From assembly GCA_049860595.1 (NCBI GenBank), contig CP187551.1: 64,000 nt of DNA; one strand, written 5' to 3'. This document shows, one piece after another, positions 54,912 to 64,000 of the stretch. This DNA is from Methanocaldococcus sp. 16A. GTDB lineage: Archaea > AGJL01 > Methanococci > Methanococcales > Methanocaldococcaceae. The position numbers were made by a program, and so were the translations under genes. Position 1 is the first letter of the stretch, and each line of letters begins with the position of its first letter. The notes under the pieces were generated by a model, which saw only the letters and a list, made by a program, of their open reading frames with translations, ran no database searches and was not told where the DNA came from.

Positions 54912-55703
54912 ATGTATATTCTAAAAATCGCCTATGATGGACGATACAGCTTCCAACAACAACCCCATAAAGAGACAGTATGTGATATACTGTTAGATAC
55001 TTTAGAAGATATTGGAATATTATCTAAGAAAAAAATTATTTACAGTGGTGGAAGAACTGATAAAGGAGTCTCTGCCTTAGGAAACTTTGTTGTTGTAGAG
55101 TTAAAAAAAGAGCCTATTCTTTCATATATAAACGCAAAGTTGAAAAATAAAGGCATATGGGTTTTGGGATATAGGGAAATTGATGAAATTCCAAAAGTGA
55201 AGTATAGACATTACCGCTATATTCTGCCTAATATTGACTACAATATAGAGGCTATTAAAGAGGGAGCAAAAAAGCTTATAGGAACCCATAGCTTTCACAA
55301 TTTATCAAAAAGTGATAGATCTAAAGAAAAAAGTCCTATAAGGACTATCTATGATATAAAAATCTCTGAGAATGATTTTTATTTAACAATAGATATTATT
55401 GGTGAGAGTTTTTTATGGAATATGGTTAGAAAGATAGTTGGAGCTTTAGATTTAATAGGAAGAGGAAAAAAACCTGTAGAATGGATTGATAAATTGTTAG
55501 ATGAAAATCATAGAGAAGGTGTCCCTACATTTTCACCGGATGGATTGATATTGGTTGAGGCAAAGGTTGATATTGATTATATATACGATAGCTATTCAAT
55601 AAAAAAATTTAAGGAATATTGGGTAGAATTCTTTAAATTGTATGTTATGAAAGTAGGTATTGCTAAAACAATTTTAGATTATACAAAAATAGATAAAATT
55701 TAA
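54912..55703 (+). CDS. truA: tRNA pseudouridine(38-40) synthase
   Basis: KIAYDG, GRTDKGVSA, GTHSFHN, FLWNMVRKIV. Confidence 0.95.
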   Translation: MYILKIAYDGRYSFQQQPHKETVCDILLDTLEDIGILSKKKIIYSGGRTDKGVSALGNFVVVELKKEPILSYINAKLKNKGIWVLGYREIDEIPKVKYRHYRYILPNIDYNIEAIKEGAKKLIGTHSFHNLSKSDRSKEKSPIRTIYDIKISENDFYLTIDIIGESFLWNMVRKIVGALDLIGRGKKPVEWIDKLLDENHREGVPTFSPDGLILVEAKVDIDYIYDSYSIKKFKEYWVEFFKLYVMKVGIAKTILDYTKIDKI

Positions 55704-55707
55704 CTTT

Positions 55708-55783
55708 AAGTGTGCCCCGGGGGAGCAAAGGAGAATCATCGCTTGCCGGGCAGTTGCTCATCCCCCGCGGTTTCCCGGGGCAT
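55708..55783 (-). ncRNA. H/ACA box pseudouridylation guide sRNA
   Basis: Minus-strand hairpin GCCCCGGG/CCCGGGGC, pocket AAACCGC / TTTGCTC, ATGA..GATGA K-turn-like motif, ACA plus 3 nt at the 3' end. Confidence 0.85.
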
Positions 55784-55875
55784 ATTTTTATATTTTATAA
55801 AGCTTAATAATTTTATATTCATCAACTCAAATTTAAATTTTTTGCTGTTTTGCAAAAAACTAATAGGATGAGAGA

Positions 55876-56592
55876 ATGAAAAAATATATTGTGAGTATTG
55901 GAGTGGATATATCAGACAATGATGTAAAAACCAATCCTAAAGTTAATGAATTGGTTAATAAAGAGGTTAAAGAAAGATTATCCAAGTTAGGGATAAAAGC
56001 ATGTGTCTCAAATATAACTGGTGATGATATAGTTATAACATCATTTGTCCCAAAAGATTTGATTGAGGAAAACAATAAAATAATTTTTGAAATTTTAAAT
56101 AAATATGCTGAGGGCTTTGATGACTTAAATGGAATTTCTAAAGAAAAAGATAAAGCTGGAGAAGGTTTATCTTATGCTATCGCTGAAGCTAAATCAGAAT
56201 ATGGAGACGCTATAATAGTAGCTTTTGATACATATGGAGGAGAGAGTTTTGTAGATGAAATGGCTTTATTTGTAAAAGAGATTGGAGAAAAGTTTGGATA
56301 TAATGTTGGATGTTCAGTTTCTAATGAAGCAGTAAAAATTCCTGGAGTAGGATATACAGGGGCTGAGAGTGATGACCCTGTTGTAGTTATAACAGTTGAA
56401 GAGCTTGATGATATTAAAAAATTAGCTGGGCTTATTTATGGTGGTTTGTTGAGCTTTAATGATTTATATTTTGTTAAAAATGGTGAAGGAGCAGATATAA
56501 TCCCACCTGGAGTGATATATACAATGTCGGCATTTTTAAATGGAAATGTGATTGATTTATATGAGGGGATTAGAAGAAGGATAAAATTTTAA
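55876..56592 (+). CDS. Conserved methanogen hypothetical protein
   Basis: 238-aa ORF with host-like codon usage; AGEGLSYA and FDTYGGE segments. Confidence 0.75.
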   Translation: MKKYIVSIGVDISDNDVKTNPKVNELVNKEVKERLSKLGIKACVSNITGDDIVITSFVPKDLIEENNKIIFEILNKYAEGFDDLNGISKEKDKAGEGLSYAIAEAKSEYGDAIIVAFDTYGGESFVDEMALFVKEIGEKFGYNVGCSVSNEAVKIPGVGYTGAESDDPVVVITVEELDDIKKLAGLIYGGLLSFNDLYFVKNGEGADIIPPGVIYTMSAFLNGNVIDLYEGIRRRIKF

Positions 56593-56601
56593 CGTGAGAT
56601 T

Positions 56602-57219
56602 ATGGACTTACAATATTTTATATTAGCATTTACATCAATATTCTCAATTTTAAACCCATTTGGTGCCGTTCCTGTATTTATAACGCTAACTGAATCGTAT
56701 CCAAAAAAAGAGAGAGACTTAGTAGCAAGGAAAACAGTTATTTATACATTGGCTATACTATTAGTTTTTACACTTTTTGGAGAGTGGATATTAAAATTTT
56801 TTGGCATATCATTAGATGCCTTTAAGATTGCTGGAGGTATTTTACTATTATTAATTTCTTTAGACATGGTTAGGGGTAAGCAAGAATCTAAAATTCAAAG
56901 GAAAGATATTGAAGCTGCTTATGAAATAGATGAAATTGCATTGATGCCTTTAGCAACACCTCTATTAGCAGGCCCTGGTTCAATAACTGCCTGTATGGTT
57001 GCAATGGCTGAAGCTCCAACTTTTGGTGATAAATTTTTGGTAATATTGGCAATATTGTTATCTCTTGCAATAACTTATTTAACACTGCTTTCAGCTGAGA
57101 GCGTTTTAGATAAAATTGGAAAATTGGGAATTAGAATATTAACAAGAATGATGGGTCTTATACTTACAGCCATTGCTGTTCAGATGGTAGTTAATGGAAT
57201 TAAAGGGGCTTTATTATAA
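56602..57219 (+). CDS. MarC/NAAT family membrane protein
   Basis: LNPFGAVP, FKIAGG, PLATPLLAGPGSI, TRMMGLIL. Confidence 0.92.
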   Translation: MDLQYFILAFTSIFSILNPFGAVPVFITLTESYPKKERDLVARKTVIYTLAILLVFTLFGEWILKFFGISLDAFKIAGGILLLLISLDMVRGKQESKIQRKDIEAAYEIDEIALMPLATPLLAGPGSITACMVAMAEAPTFGDKFLVILAILLSLAITYLTLLSAESVLDKIGKLGIRILTRMMGLILTAIAVQMVVNGIKGALL

Positions 57220-57228
57220 AATTTTGAG

Positions 57229-58389
57229 GTGATTGGTTTGGACATAAATTTAGACAAATATAAAAATTTAAGGAGAAACTTAGAAAGAGAGTTAATTAAC
57301 TTAAATCCTATACAGAGAGGAGGAATATTACCAAAAGAAGCTAAAAAGGCTGTTTATGAATATTGGGATGGATATAGTGTTTGTGATTACTGCCATGGTA
57401 GGTTGGATGAGATAACTTGCCCACCAATAAAGGAGTTTTTAAATGATGTAGCCAAATTTTTAAATATGGATTATGCAAGACCTACTCATGGAGCAAGGGA
57501 AGGAAAATTTATAGTTATGCATTCAATATGTAATGAAGGAGATTATGTAGTTTTAGATAAAAATGCACACTATACAAGTTATGTTTCTGCTGAAAGAGCT
57601 AAGTTAAATGTTGCTGAAGTTGGTTATGAAGAAGAGTATCCTACATATAAAATAAACTTGGAGGGTTATAGAGAAGTTATAGACAATTTAGAAGATAAGG
57701 GAAAAAATGTTGGTTTAATATTATTAACTCACGTTGATGGAGAATATGGAAACTTAAATGATGCCAAAAAGGTTGGAAAAATAGCTAAAGAAAAAGGTAT
57801 CCCTTTCTTGCTAAATTGTGCATATACAGTTGGAAGAATGCCAGTTGATGGAAAAGAAGTTAAAGCTGATTTTATTGTAGCTTCAGGGCATAAAAGTATG
57901 GCGGCATCAGCTCCATGTGGTATTTTGGCATTTAGTGAAGAGTTTGCTGATAAGATAACAAGAACATCTGAAAAATTCCCAGTTAAAGAAATTGAGATGC
58001 TTGGATGCACAAGTAGAGGTCTCCCAATAGTAACTCTAATGGCGAGCTTTCCTCATGTTGTTGAGAGAGTTAAAAAATGGGATGATGAGCTTAAAAAAAC
58101 AAGATATGTAGTTGATGAACTTGAAAAAATTGGCTTTAAACAGTTAGGAATTAAACCAAAAGAACATGATTTAACTAAATTTGAAACTCCTATATTGGAT
58201 GAGATAGCTAAGAAGGATAAGAGAAGAGGATTTTTCTTCTATGATGAATTGAAGAAGAGAGGTATTGGAGGGATAAGGGCTGGGGTTACTAAAGAGATAA
58301 AGATGAGTGTTTATGGCTTAGAATGGGAGCAAGTTGAGTATGTTGTTAATGCAATAAAAGAGATTGTTGAGAAATATGGAGAACAATAA
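57229..58389 (+). CDS. pscS: O-phospho-L-seryl-tRNA:Cys-tRNA synthase (SepCysS)
   Basis: NPIQRGG, GYSVCDYC, GAREGK, SGHKS, LGCTSRG. Confidence 0.95.
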   Translation: MIGLDINLDKYKNLRRNLERELINLNPIQRGGILPKEAKKAVYEYWDGYSVCDYCHGRLDEITCPPIKEFLNDVAKFLNMDYARPTHGAREGKFIVMHSICNEGDYVVLDKNAHYTSYVSAERAKLNVAEVGYEEEYPTYKINLEGYREVIDNLEDKGKNVGLILLTHVDGEYGNLNDAKKVGKIAKEKGIPFLLNCAYTVGRMPVDGKEVKADFIVASGHKSMAASAPCGILAFSEEFADKITRTSEKFPVKEIEMLGCTSRGLPIVTLMASFPHVVERVKKWDDELKKTRYVVDELEKIGFKQLGIKPKEHDLTKFETPILDEIAKKDKRRGFFFYDELKKRGIGGIRAGVTKEIKMSVYGLEWEQVEYVVNAIKEIVEKYGEQ

Positions 58390-58396
58390 AAATTTT

Positions 58397-59539
58397 TTAT
58401 ATAATAAACTCTCCACTTTCTATTTTCTTTTTTAGTTCTTTAGCTAATTTTAAAGCTCTCTTTCTATCTGACTGCCTACATGTTATAGGGATTCCACATA
58501 TAGAGCCAAGTTTTGTTTTAAATACTCCATAAGGACAGATATTACAAATTCCACAACCAAAACAATCTTCAGTTATTTTTATTTTTCCATTCTCTTTTTT
58601 TATTGCAAAAGTTGGACAATATTCTTCAGCTAAGCATCTATCACAGCTCTTACACCTATCTAAATAAATTTTTGGTCTCAAATCCACATCTTCCCAAACT
58701 TCCGCATAATTTCCAACATCTATAATTTCTCTACCAAATATATTAGCTAATGGCAATGCAATGTCTTTATCAAGCTTTTTTAATGCCTCTTTATGCTCAT
58801 CAACTTTAATTGGGATGGCTATTGTATTGTATATCTCTAATCCATGCGATGTTACAAATCCTCCTAAATAATAAGCATCCATGTCTTTCATATCTGCAGA
58901 CATCATTAAATTTGGCTTTTTTATTGATGACCTTGTTCCAAATCCTAATATTATTGCTTCAGCTCCATTTAATAGAGCTTTTTTTCCAACAACGTCTTTT
59001 TCGTCTCTAATAACCATATTTTCTAATGGATTATACATCCCACAACCAGAGAAAGAAGCTTCACCTTTTTTTAATGGTAATCTATGGAATATAGTATTAA
59101 CTTCTTTATCAGACAAATTTGTTATTGCAGAATAATTTTTGAAAGCCACTCTTGTCCCAATCATCTTAGCTGTTGGTAAATCTTCTATAGTAATCTCATT
59201 TTTGTATATTTTTCCTTCACTTACAGCTTTTGCCTCAACAGTTTTACCTTTAACTAAATCTTTAAACAAAAACCCAACTTCTCCATAAAATATTGCATCA
59301 ACTTTTCCCAAATATTCGTTAGGACAAACGCCCACAACTCCTCTGATGTTATCTAAATATATCTCCTCTGCTTTTTTAAAAATCTCGTTGAATGGAATAT
59401 GGAAAATTCCTGCAGTTCCAGACATTATTCCGCAAGTTGCAGAGGTTACAATATCAACCTCATCTATTTTGTCCTCTTCATTATTCCTGATGTATTTTTT
59501 TAGTTCATCTATTGTTATTACCTTTAAATCTTTTTCCAC
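58397..59539 (-). CDS. Methanogenesis marker 16 metalloprotein (DUF39 + ferredoxin)
   Basis: VDIVTSATCGIMSGT, SFSGCG, C-terminal 4Fe-4S Cys clusters, CRQSD. Confidence 0.82.
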   Translation of the reverse strand: MEKDLKVITIDELKKYIRNNEEDKIDEVDIVTSATCGIMSGTAGIFHIPFNEIFKKAEEIYLDNIRGVVGVCPNEYLGKVDAIFYGEVGFLFKDLVKGKTVEAKAVSEGKIYKNEITIEDLPTAKMIGTRVAFKNYSAITNLSDKEVNTIFHRLPLKKGEASFSGCGMYNPLENMVIRDEKDVVGKKALLNGAEAIILGFGTRSSIKKPNLMMSADMKDMDAYYLGGFVTSHGLEIYNTIAIPIKVDEHKEALKKLDKDIALPLANIFGREIIDVGNYAEVWEDVDLRPKIYLDRCKSCDRCLAEEYCPTFAIKKENGKIKITEDCFGCGICNICPYGVFKTKLGSICGIPITCRQSDRKRALKLAKELKKKIESGEFII

Positions 59540-59551
59540 AATGCCACCGTT

Positions 59552-60400
59552 TTATCTTTTTATGTCTTTGCAGAGCTCTAACAATCTTTCTATTCTTTCT
59601 TCAGTTGGAGGGTGGGTAGAGAAAAGTTTCATAATGAAATCTCCTTTAAATGGATTTACTATAAATAGATGTGCTGTTGCTGGATTACCTCTCTCTAATG
59701 GATAAATACTAACTCCTTTTTCTAACTTAGCTAATGCATTAGCCAACCATAATGGATGTGTGAGCTTAGCTCCCTCCTCATCTGCATAAAACTCTCTCTG
59801 CCTTGAAATTGCAAATTGGATTAATGTAGCTGCAATTGGAGCCAATACTAACAACAAAATTGTTCCAATTAATTCTAATGGGTTATCTTCTTCATTTCCA
59901 TATCCAAAAAACAAGCCCCATTTCATCCATTCAGCAATATATATTACAGCTCCAGCTAAGGTAGCTACTATGGTGCTTATTAAAATATCATTATGCTTTA
60001 TATGTGATATTTCGTGCCCTATAACTCCTTCCAACTCTTCTGGTGATAATAATTGCAGTATTCCTTCAGTAACTGCCACAACAGCATTTTCAGGGTTTCT
60101 TCCTGTAGCAAATGCATTTGGAGTCATTGTAGGGACTATAGCTACTTTTGGTTTTGGTAAGCCTGCTTTTCTTGCAACTCTCTCAACCATTTGATGTAAC
60201 CAAGGCATTTCATGCTCATCCAAAATTCTTGCGTTATAGCTCATTAATACAAATTTATCGCTGTAATAGTATGCTATAATATTTGGAATTAAAGCAAGGA
60301 GTATAGCAATTAGTGGATGAATATGTAGTATTATACAAAATGTATAAATCAATCCTACAAGAAAAGCCATTAACAAATAAGTTTTTATTTGGTTCATCAT
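59552..60400 (-). CDS. htpX: Zinc metalloprotease HtpX
   Basis: PNAFATGR, HEISH, SRQREFYAD, FSTHPPTEERI. Confidence 0.95.
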   Translation of the reverse strand: MMNQIKTYLLMAFLVGLIYTFCIILHIHPLIAILLALIPNIIAYYYSDKFVLMSYNARILDEHEMPWLHQMVERVARKAGLPKPKVAIVPTMTPNAFATGRNPENAVVAVTEGILQLLSPEELEGVIGHEISHIKHNDILISTIVATLAGAVIYIAEWMKWGLFFGYGNEEDNPLELIGTILLLVLAPIAATLIQFAISRQREFYADEEGAKLTHPLWLANALAKLEKGVSIYPLERGNPATAHLFIVNPFKGDFIMKLFSTHPPTEERIERLLELCKDIKR

Positions 60401-60530
60401 AGTTCCTCACGCTCATTAATTCATAATTAAAATTTTTTTGCTAAGACTATTGTAAATTATAATAAAGCTTAAATAATTTACGTTGCTGATTTTGTATTTG
60501 TTTATATTTTAGGGTGTATTTAAATAACAT

Positions 60531-60893
60531 TTATCACGCTAAAAGTTTTTTATTTTTAATTTATAGGTTTTTAAAGAGTTATTTTTTGATTTTAAAGATT
60601 TTTAGTTAATTTTTAGGGGTTGCTTATTTTTAATATTTTATTTATTTGGATGTATTAAATTAATAAGATTTTTATGTGATTTTAGATAATTACTTTTAAA
60701 TTAAAATTTCTCCAATAAATAATTTGATTTTTTAGTTAAAAAGTTTTTATTATTTCAAATTATTACATACCGTAAGGTATTTATATAAGTAAAGATTTAT
60801 AAATAAAGTGAGTAATTAGGGGGTTGTAGTATACATCTTATAAAATATGGGCTTAAAAAAGACTAATTTCATTTAATCTAAAAAATACTACCT
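60531..60893 (+). promoter_or_regulatory. CRISPR leader of array 2
   Basis: Homologous (inverted) to 42168-42530; ends TACCT at the first repeat. Confidence 0.88.
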
Positions 60894-63426
60894 ATTAAAA
60901 TCAGACCGATTCGGTATGGAAACACTTATCAGATCATCTGAATAGTCATTAAATCTATTAAAATCAGACCGATTCGGTATGGAAACTAATTCTAGTAGAT
61001 CTTCAATAGAAATATAATTAAAATCAGACCGATTCGGTATGGAAACAACTTATAAATGTACATTCTGAATTGAGAATACAATTAAAATCAGACCGATTCG
61101 GTATGGAAACTGGATTAATTTCGATAGCTTAATTGCTCATTTGAAGATTAAAATCAGACCGATTCGGTATGGAAACCTCAGGAGCTGGCATACCTCTCGC
61201 TGGAGGTAGTGAATTAAAATCAGACCGATTCGGTATGGAAACTTTGTTGACCAGCTGTAAACGCCGTCTCAACCGCAAGTAAAATTAAAATCAGACCGAT
61301 TCGGTATGGAAACACACACGGAGATAAGAAAGGGACTTGTGTAGTATGTATTAAAATCAGACCGATTCGGTATGGAAACTTGAAATTATTAGAGATTTAT
61401 TAGATATTGAGTTTGATTAAAATCAGACCGATTCGGTATGGAAACAACTATACATCTGACTGGGATAGTATATATAAATTACTCACTAATTAAAATCAGA
61501 CCGATTCGGTATGGAAACGTAATCATATAATCTTTTTTAACAGGATTTGGATTTCCTTCATTAAAATCAGACCGATTCGGTATGGAAACTTAAAACTTTT
61601 GAGGTGGGAATATGGCAGAAAATAAGATTAAAATCAGACCGATTCGGTATGGAAACTCAACTATTTTCAGAACAACTTTATCTGAGAAGATATTAAAATC
61701 AGACCGATTCGGTATGGAAACATTGAAAACATAATAGCGTATGATGGTGATAAGGCAATTAAAATCAGACCGATTCGGTATGGAAACACTCACACAGAAA
61801 AACATGTGGAATTATGAGTGTAGATATATTAAAATCAGACCGATTCGGTATGGAAACTTTATAGAGGTATTGGGCAAGCAATAGACCCAATAAATTAAAA
61901 TCAGACCGATTCGGTATGGAAACATTAGAAGAATTGGAGAAGAATTGGGATTGGCTAAAATTAAAATCAGACCGATTCGGTATGGAAACGGATTCTCTGC
62001 AGTTAATGAATGGGGACAGAAAAATTTAGTATTAAAATCAGACCGATTCGGTATGGAAACTATAATTTATTTCTGAATTTAATAACTATTGGAATACCTT
62101 CAATTAAAATCAGACCGATTCGGTATGGAAACATTGCTAATAATGCAATGTAAATATATGCATCCATATTACATTAAAATCAGACCGATTCGGTATGGAA
62201 ACAATTGTGGTTATATTTGGAATAATCATGTTTGCATACATATAATTAAAATCAGACCGATTCGGTATGGAAACTTTGGCTAAATCAGGATATTCTTTTG
62301 GGAATTCTCCTAAAATTAAAATCAGACCGATTCGGTATGGAAACATTGAACTATTAAAAAAAGATGCAGAATTCGAAGGTTTTGAATTAAAATCAGACCG
62401 ATTCGGTATGGAAACTTTTAACTCTTCAACCTTCTTCATGAATGTTTTTTTCTTATCATCATTAAAATCAGACCGATTCGGTATGGAAACCATGGTTGCT
62501 GGCTCGGTTGCTGGGGTAAGGATACAATTTATTAAAATCAGACCGATTCGGTATGGAAACAAATTAGTGGGGTCTTCCCATCCAAGGAGTGCTCCATATT
62601 AAAATCAGACCGATTCGGTATGGAAACTTTTCAGAGTCTTCATCAATGTTTGTTATCAAATTTATTAAAATCAGACCGATTCGGTATGGAAACGTTAAAA
62701 AAGATTATATGATTACAGGGAATGGAGATATTAAAATCAGACCGATTCGGTATGGAAACAAATGTGTGTAGTGAGGAGTTAAGCTTTGTTTTTAAATAAT
62801 TGCAATTAAAATCAGACCGATTCGGTATGGAAACAATATCACTCCTGATTTTAATTCAGACATAAAATACATTAAAATCAGACCGATTCGGTATGGAAAC
62901 ATAATGAAAATAAGAGAAGAAAAGAAAAGAGTTGCATATTAAAATCAGACCGATTCGGTATGGAAACTGAGCTTGGAGTTTTAAACTGTATTTCAACATC
63001 TACATTAAAATCAGACCGATTCGGTATGGAAACACATATAGATGGGCAGAAGGACATTTTTATAAAATATTAAAATCAGACCGATTCGGTATGGAAACGC
63101 TGATATAAACTACTTGTCCGCTTGCTGGTGCTGTATTAAAATCAGACCGATTCGGTATGGAAACCATTGAAATTATTAACACACAAAAGGGGATTCATGA
63201 ATTAAAATCAGACCGATTCGGTATGGAAACAGCACTGCTATGTGTTCAACATTAACCATGTTATCATTAAAATCAGACCGATTCGGTATGGAAACTTCAC
63301 GACTACTGAGAAAGCAAGAAAATTCTACGACATTAAAATCAGACCGATTCGGTATGGAAACGAAAGCTTTTGAAATGATAGCTAAAGCTTTAGAGGATTA
63401 AAATCAGACCGATGCGGTATAGAAAT
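60894..63426 (+). CRISPR. CRISPR array 2: 38 repeats ATTAAAATCAGACCGATTCGGTATGGAAAC, 37 spacers
   Basis: 30-bp repeats counted by hand; spacers 30-45 nt; degenerate terminal repeat at 63397-63426. Confidence 0.97.
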
Positions 63427-63571
63427 CAAATTATACAAATATCCCATAAACAATGATTATTTTTTTATTCAATATTACATTTAATAATTTCTATATATAA
63501 CTCTATAATTAAATAATTTTTTAAATTAAAATTGCATATAAATTAAGGACTAAAATGATATCTGTGAAATT

Positions 63572-64000
63572 ATGGGTACACTAATAATATGTGAAAAGCC
63601 GAGTGTTGCTAAAAAGATAGCAAACGCTTTAGGCAAAGCTAAGAAAAAAAGTATTGATGGAGTTCCATATTATGAATTGGAAAGAGATGGGAAAAAAATT
63701 ATTGTTGCAAGTGCTGTAGGACATCTTTTCACTTTAGTTGAAAAAGAAAATAAAGAATTTGGCACATATCCAGTTTTTGATGTAAAGTGGGCTCCAGCAA
63801 GTGTAGAAAAAGGAAAAGAATATGTAAATAAATACATAAAAGTATTAAAAAAATTATCAAAAGAGGTGGATGAGTTTTATATAGCAACAGATTGGGATAT
63901 TGAAGGAGAGTTAATTGGTTACCATGCTTTAAAATACTGTTGTGGAAGAGAAAAAGCTAAGAGAATGAGGTTCTCATCATTAACAAAAAAAGAGATTATA
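63572..64000 (+). CDS. topA: DNA topoisomerase I, type IA (5' part, runs off window)
   Basis: MGTLIICEKPSVAKKIA, AVGHL, ATDWDIEGELIG Toprim motifs. Confidence 0.93.
   Translation, partial: MGTLIICEKPSVAKKIANALGKAKKKSIDGVPYYELERDGKKIIVASAVGHLFTLVEKENKEFGTYPVFDVKWAPASVEKGKEYVNKYIKVLKKLSKEVDEFYIATDWDIEGELIGYHALKYCCGREKAKRMRFSSLTKKEII

Noticed and set aside
61924-61959. Spacer resembling gatE near 13793 (AGAAGAATTGG)
   Set aside because: Short purine-rich match only; not credible self-targeting.
61590-62771. ORFs within CRISPR array 2
   Set aside because: Translations of repeats and spacers.

Overview
AT-rich chromosome segment of a hyperthermophilic methanogen, very likely Methanocaldococcus. 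Gene order follows, from my recall and not database-checked, M. jannaschii MJ0030-MJ0019, MJ1467-MJ1485, MJ1661-MJ1682 and topA. The core genes are the selenocysteine hydrogenase fruA with its SECIS, thiL, aTrm4, rtcA, archease, cbiD, gatDE, a type IV pilus/PIP-CTERM/archaeosortase D locus, metE, nob1, trmJ, sepCysE, pgk2, trkH, pdxT, mobA, truA, pscS and htpX. There are two C/D box sRNAs and one H/ACA sRNA. Accessory material: (1) a solo tnpB element lacking the RuvC-III aspartate, inserted at the 3' end of a C/D sRNA; (2) an ODP-like di-iron sensor plus soluble chemoreceptor; (3) a 2074-aa surface protein with a candidate gingipain/C25-like His-Cys dyad; (4) a type III R-M operon with an internally duplicated nuclease-fold gene between mod and res, next to a MITE-split HEPN gene relic; (5) palindromic MITE-like repeats; (6) two divergent cas-less CRISPR arrays (22 and 38 repeats). 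One array has two abnormally short leader-proximal spacers (20 and 18 nt). Two spacers of the other overlap on opposite strands and imply a 5'-CCT PAM. All calls were made by eye.
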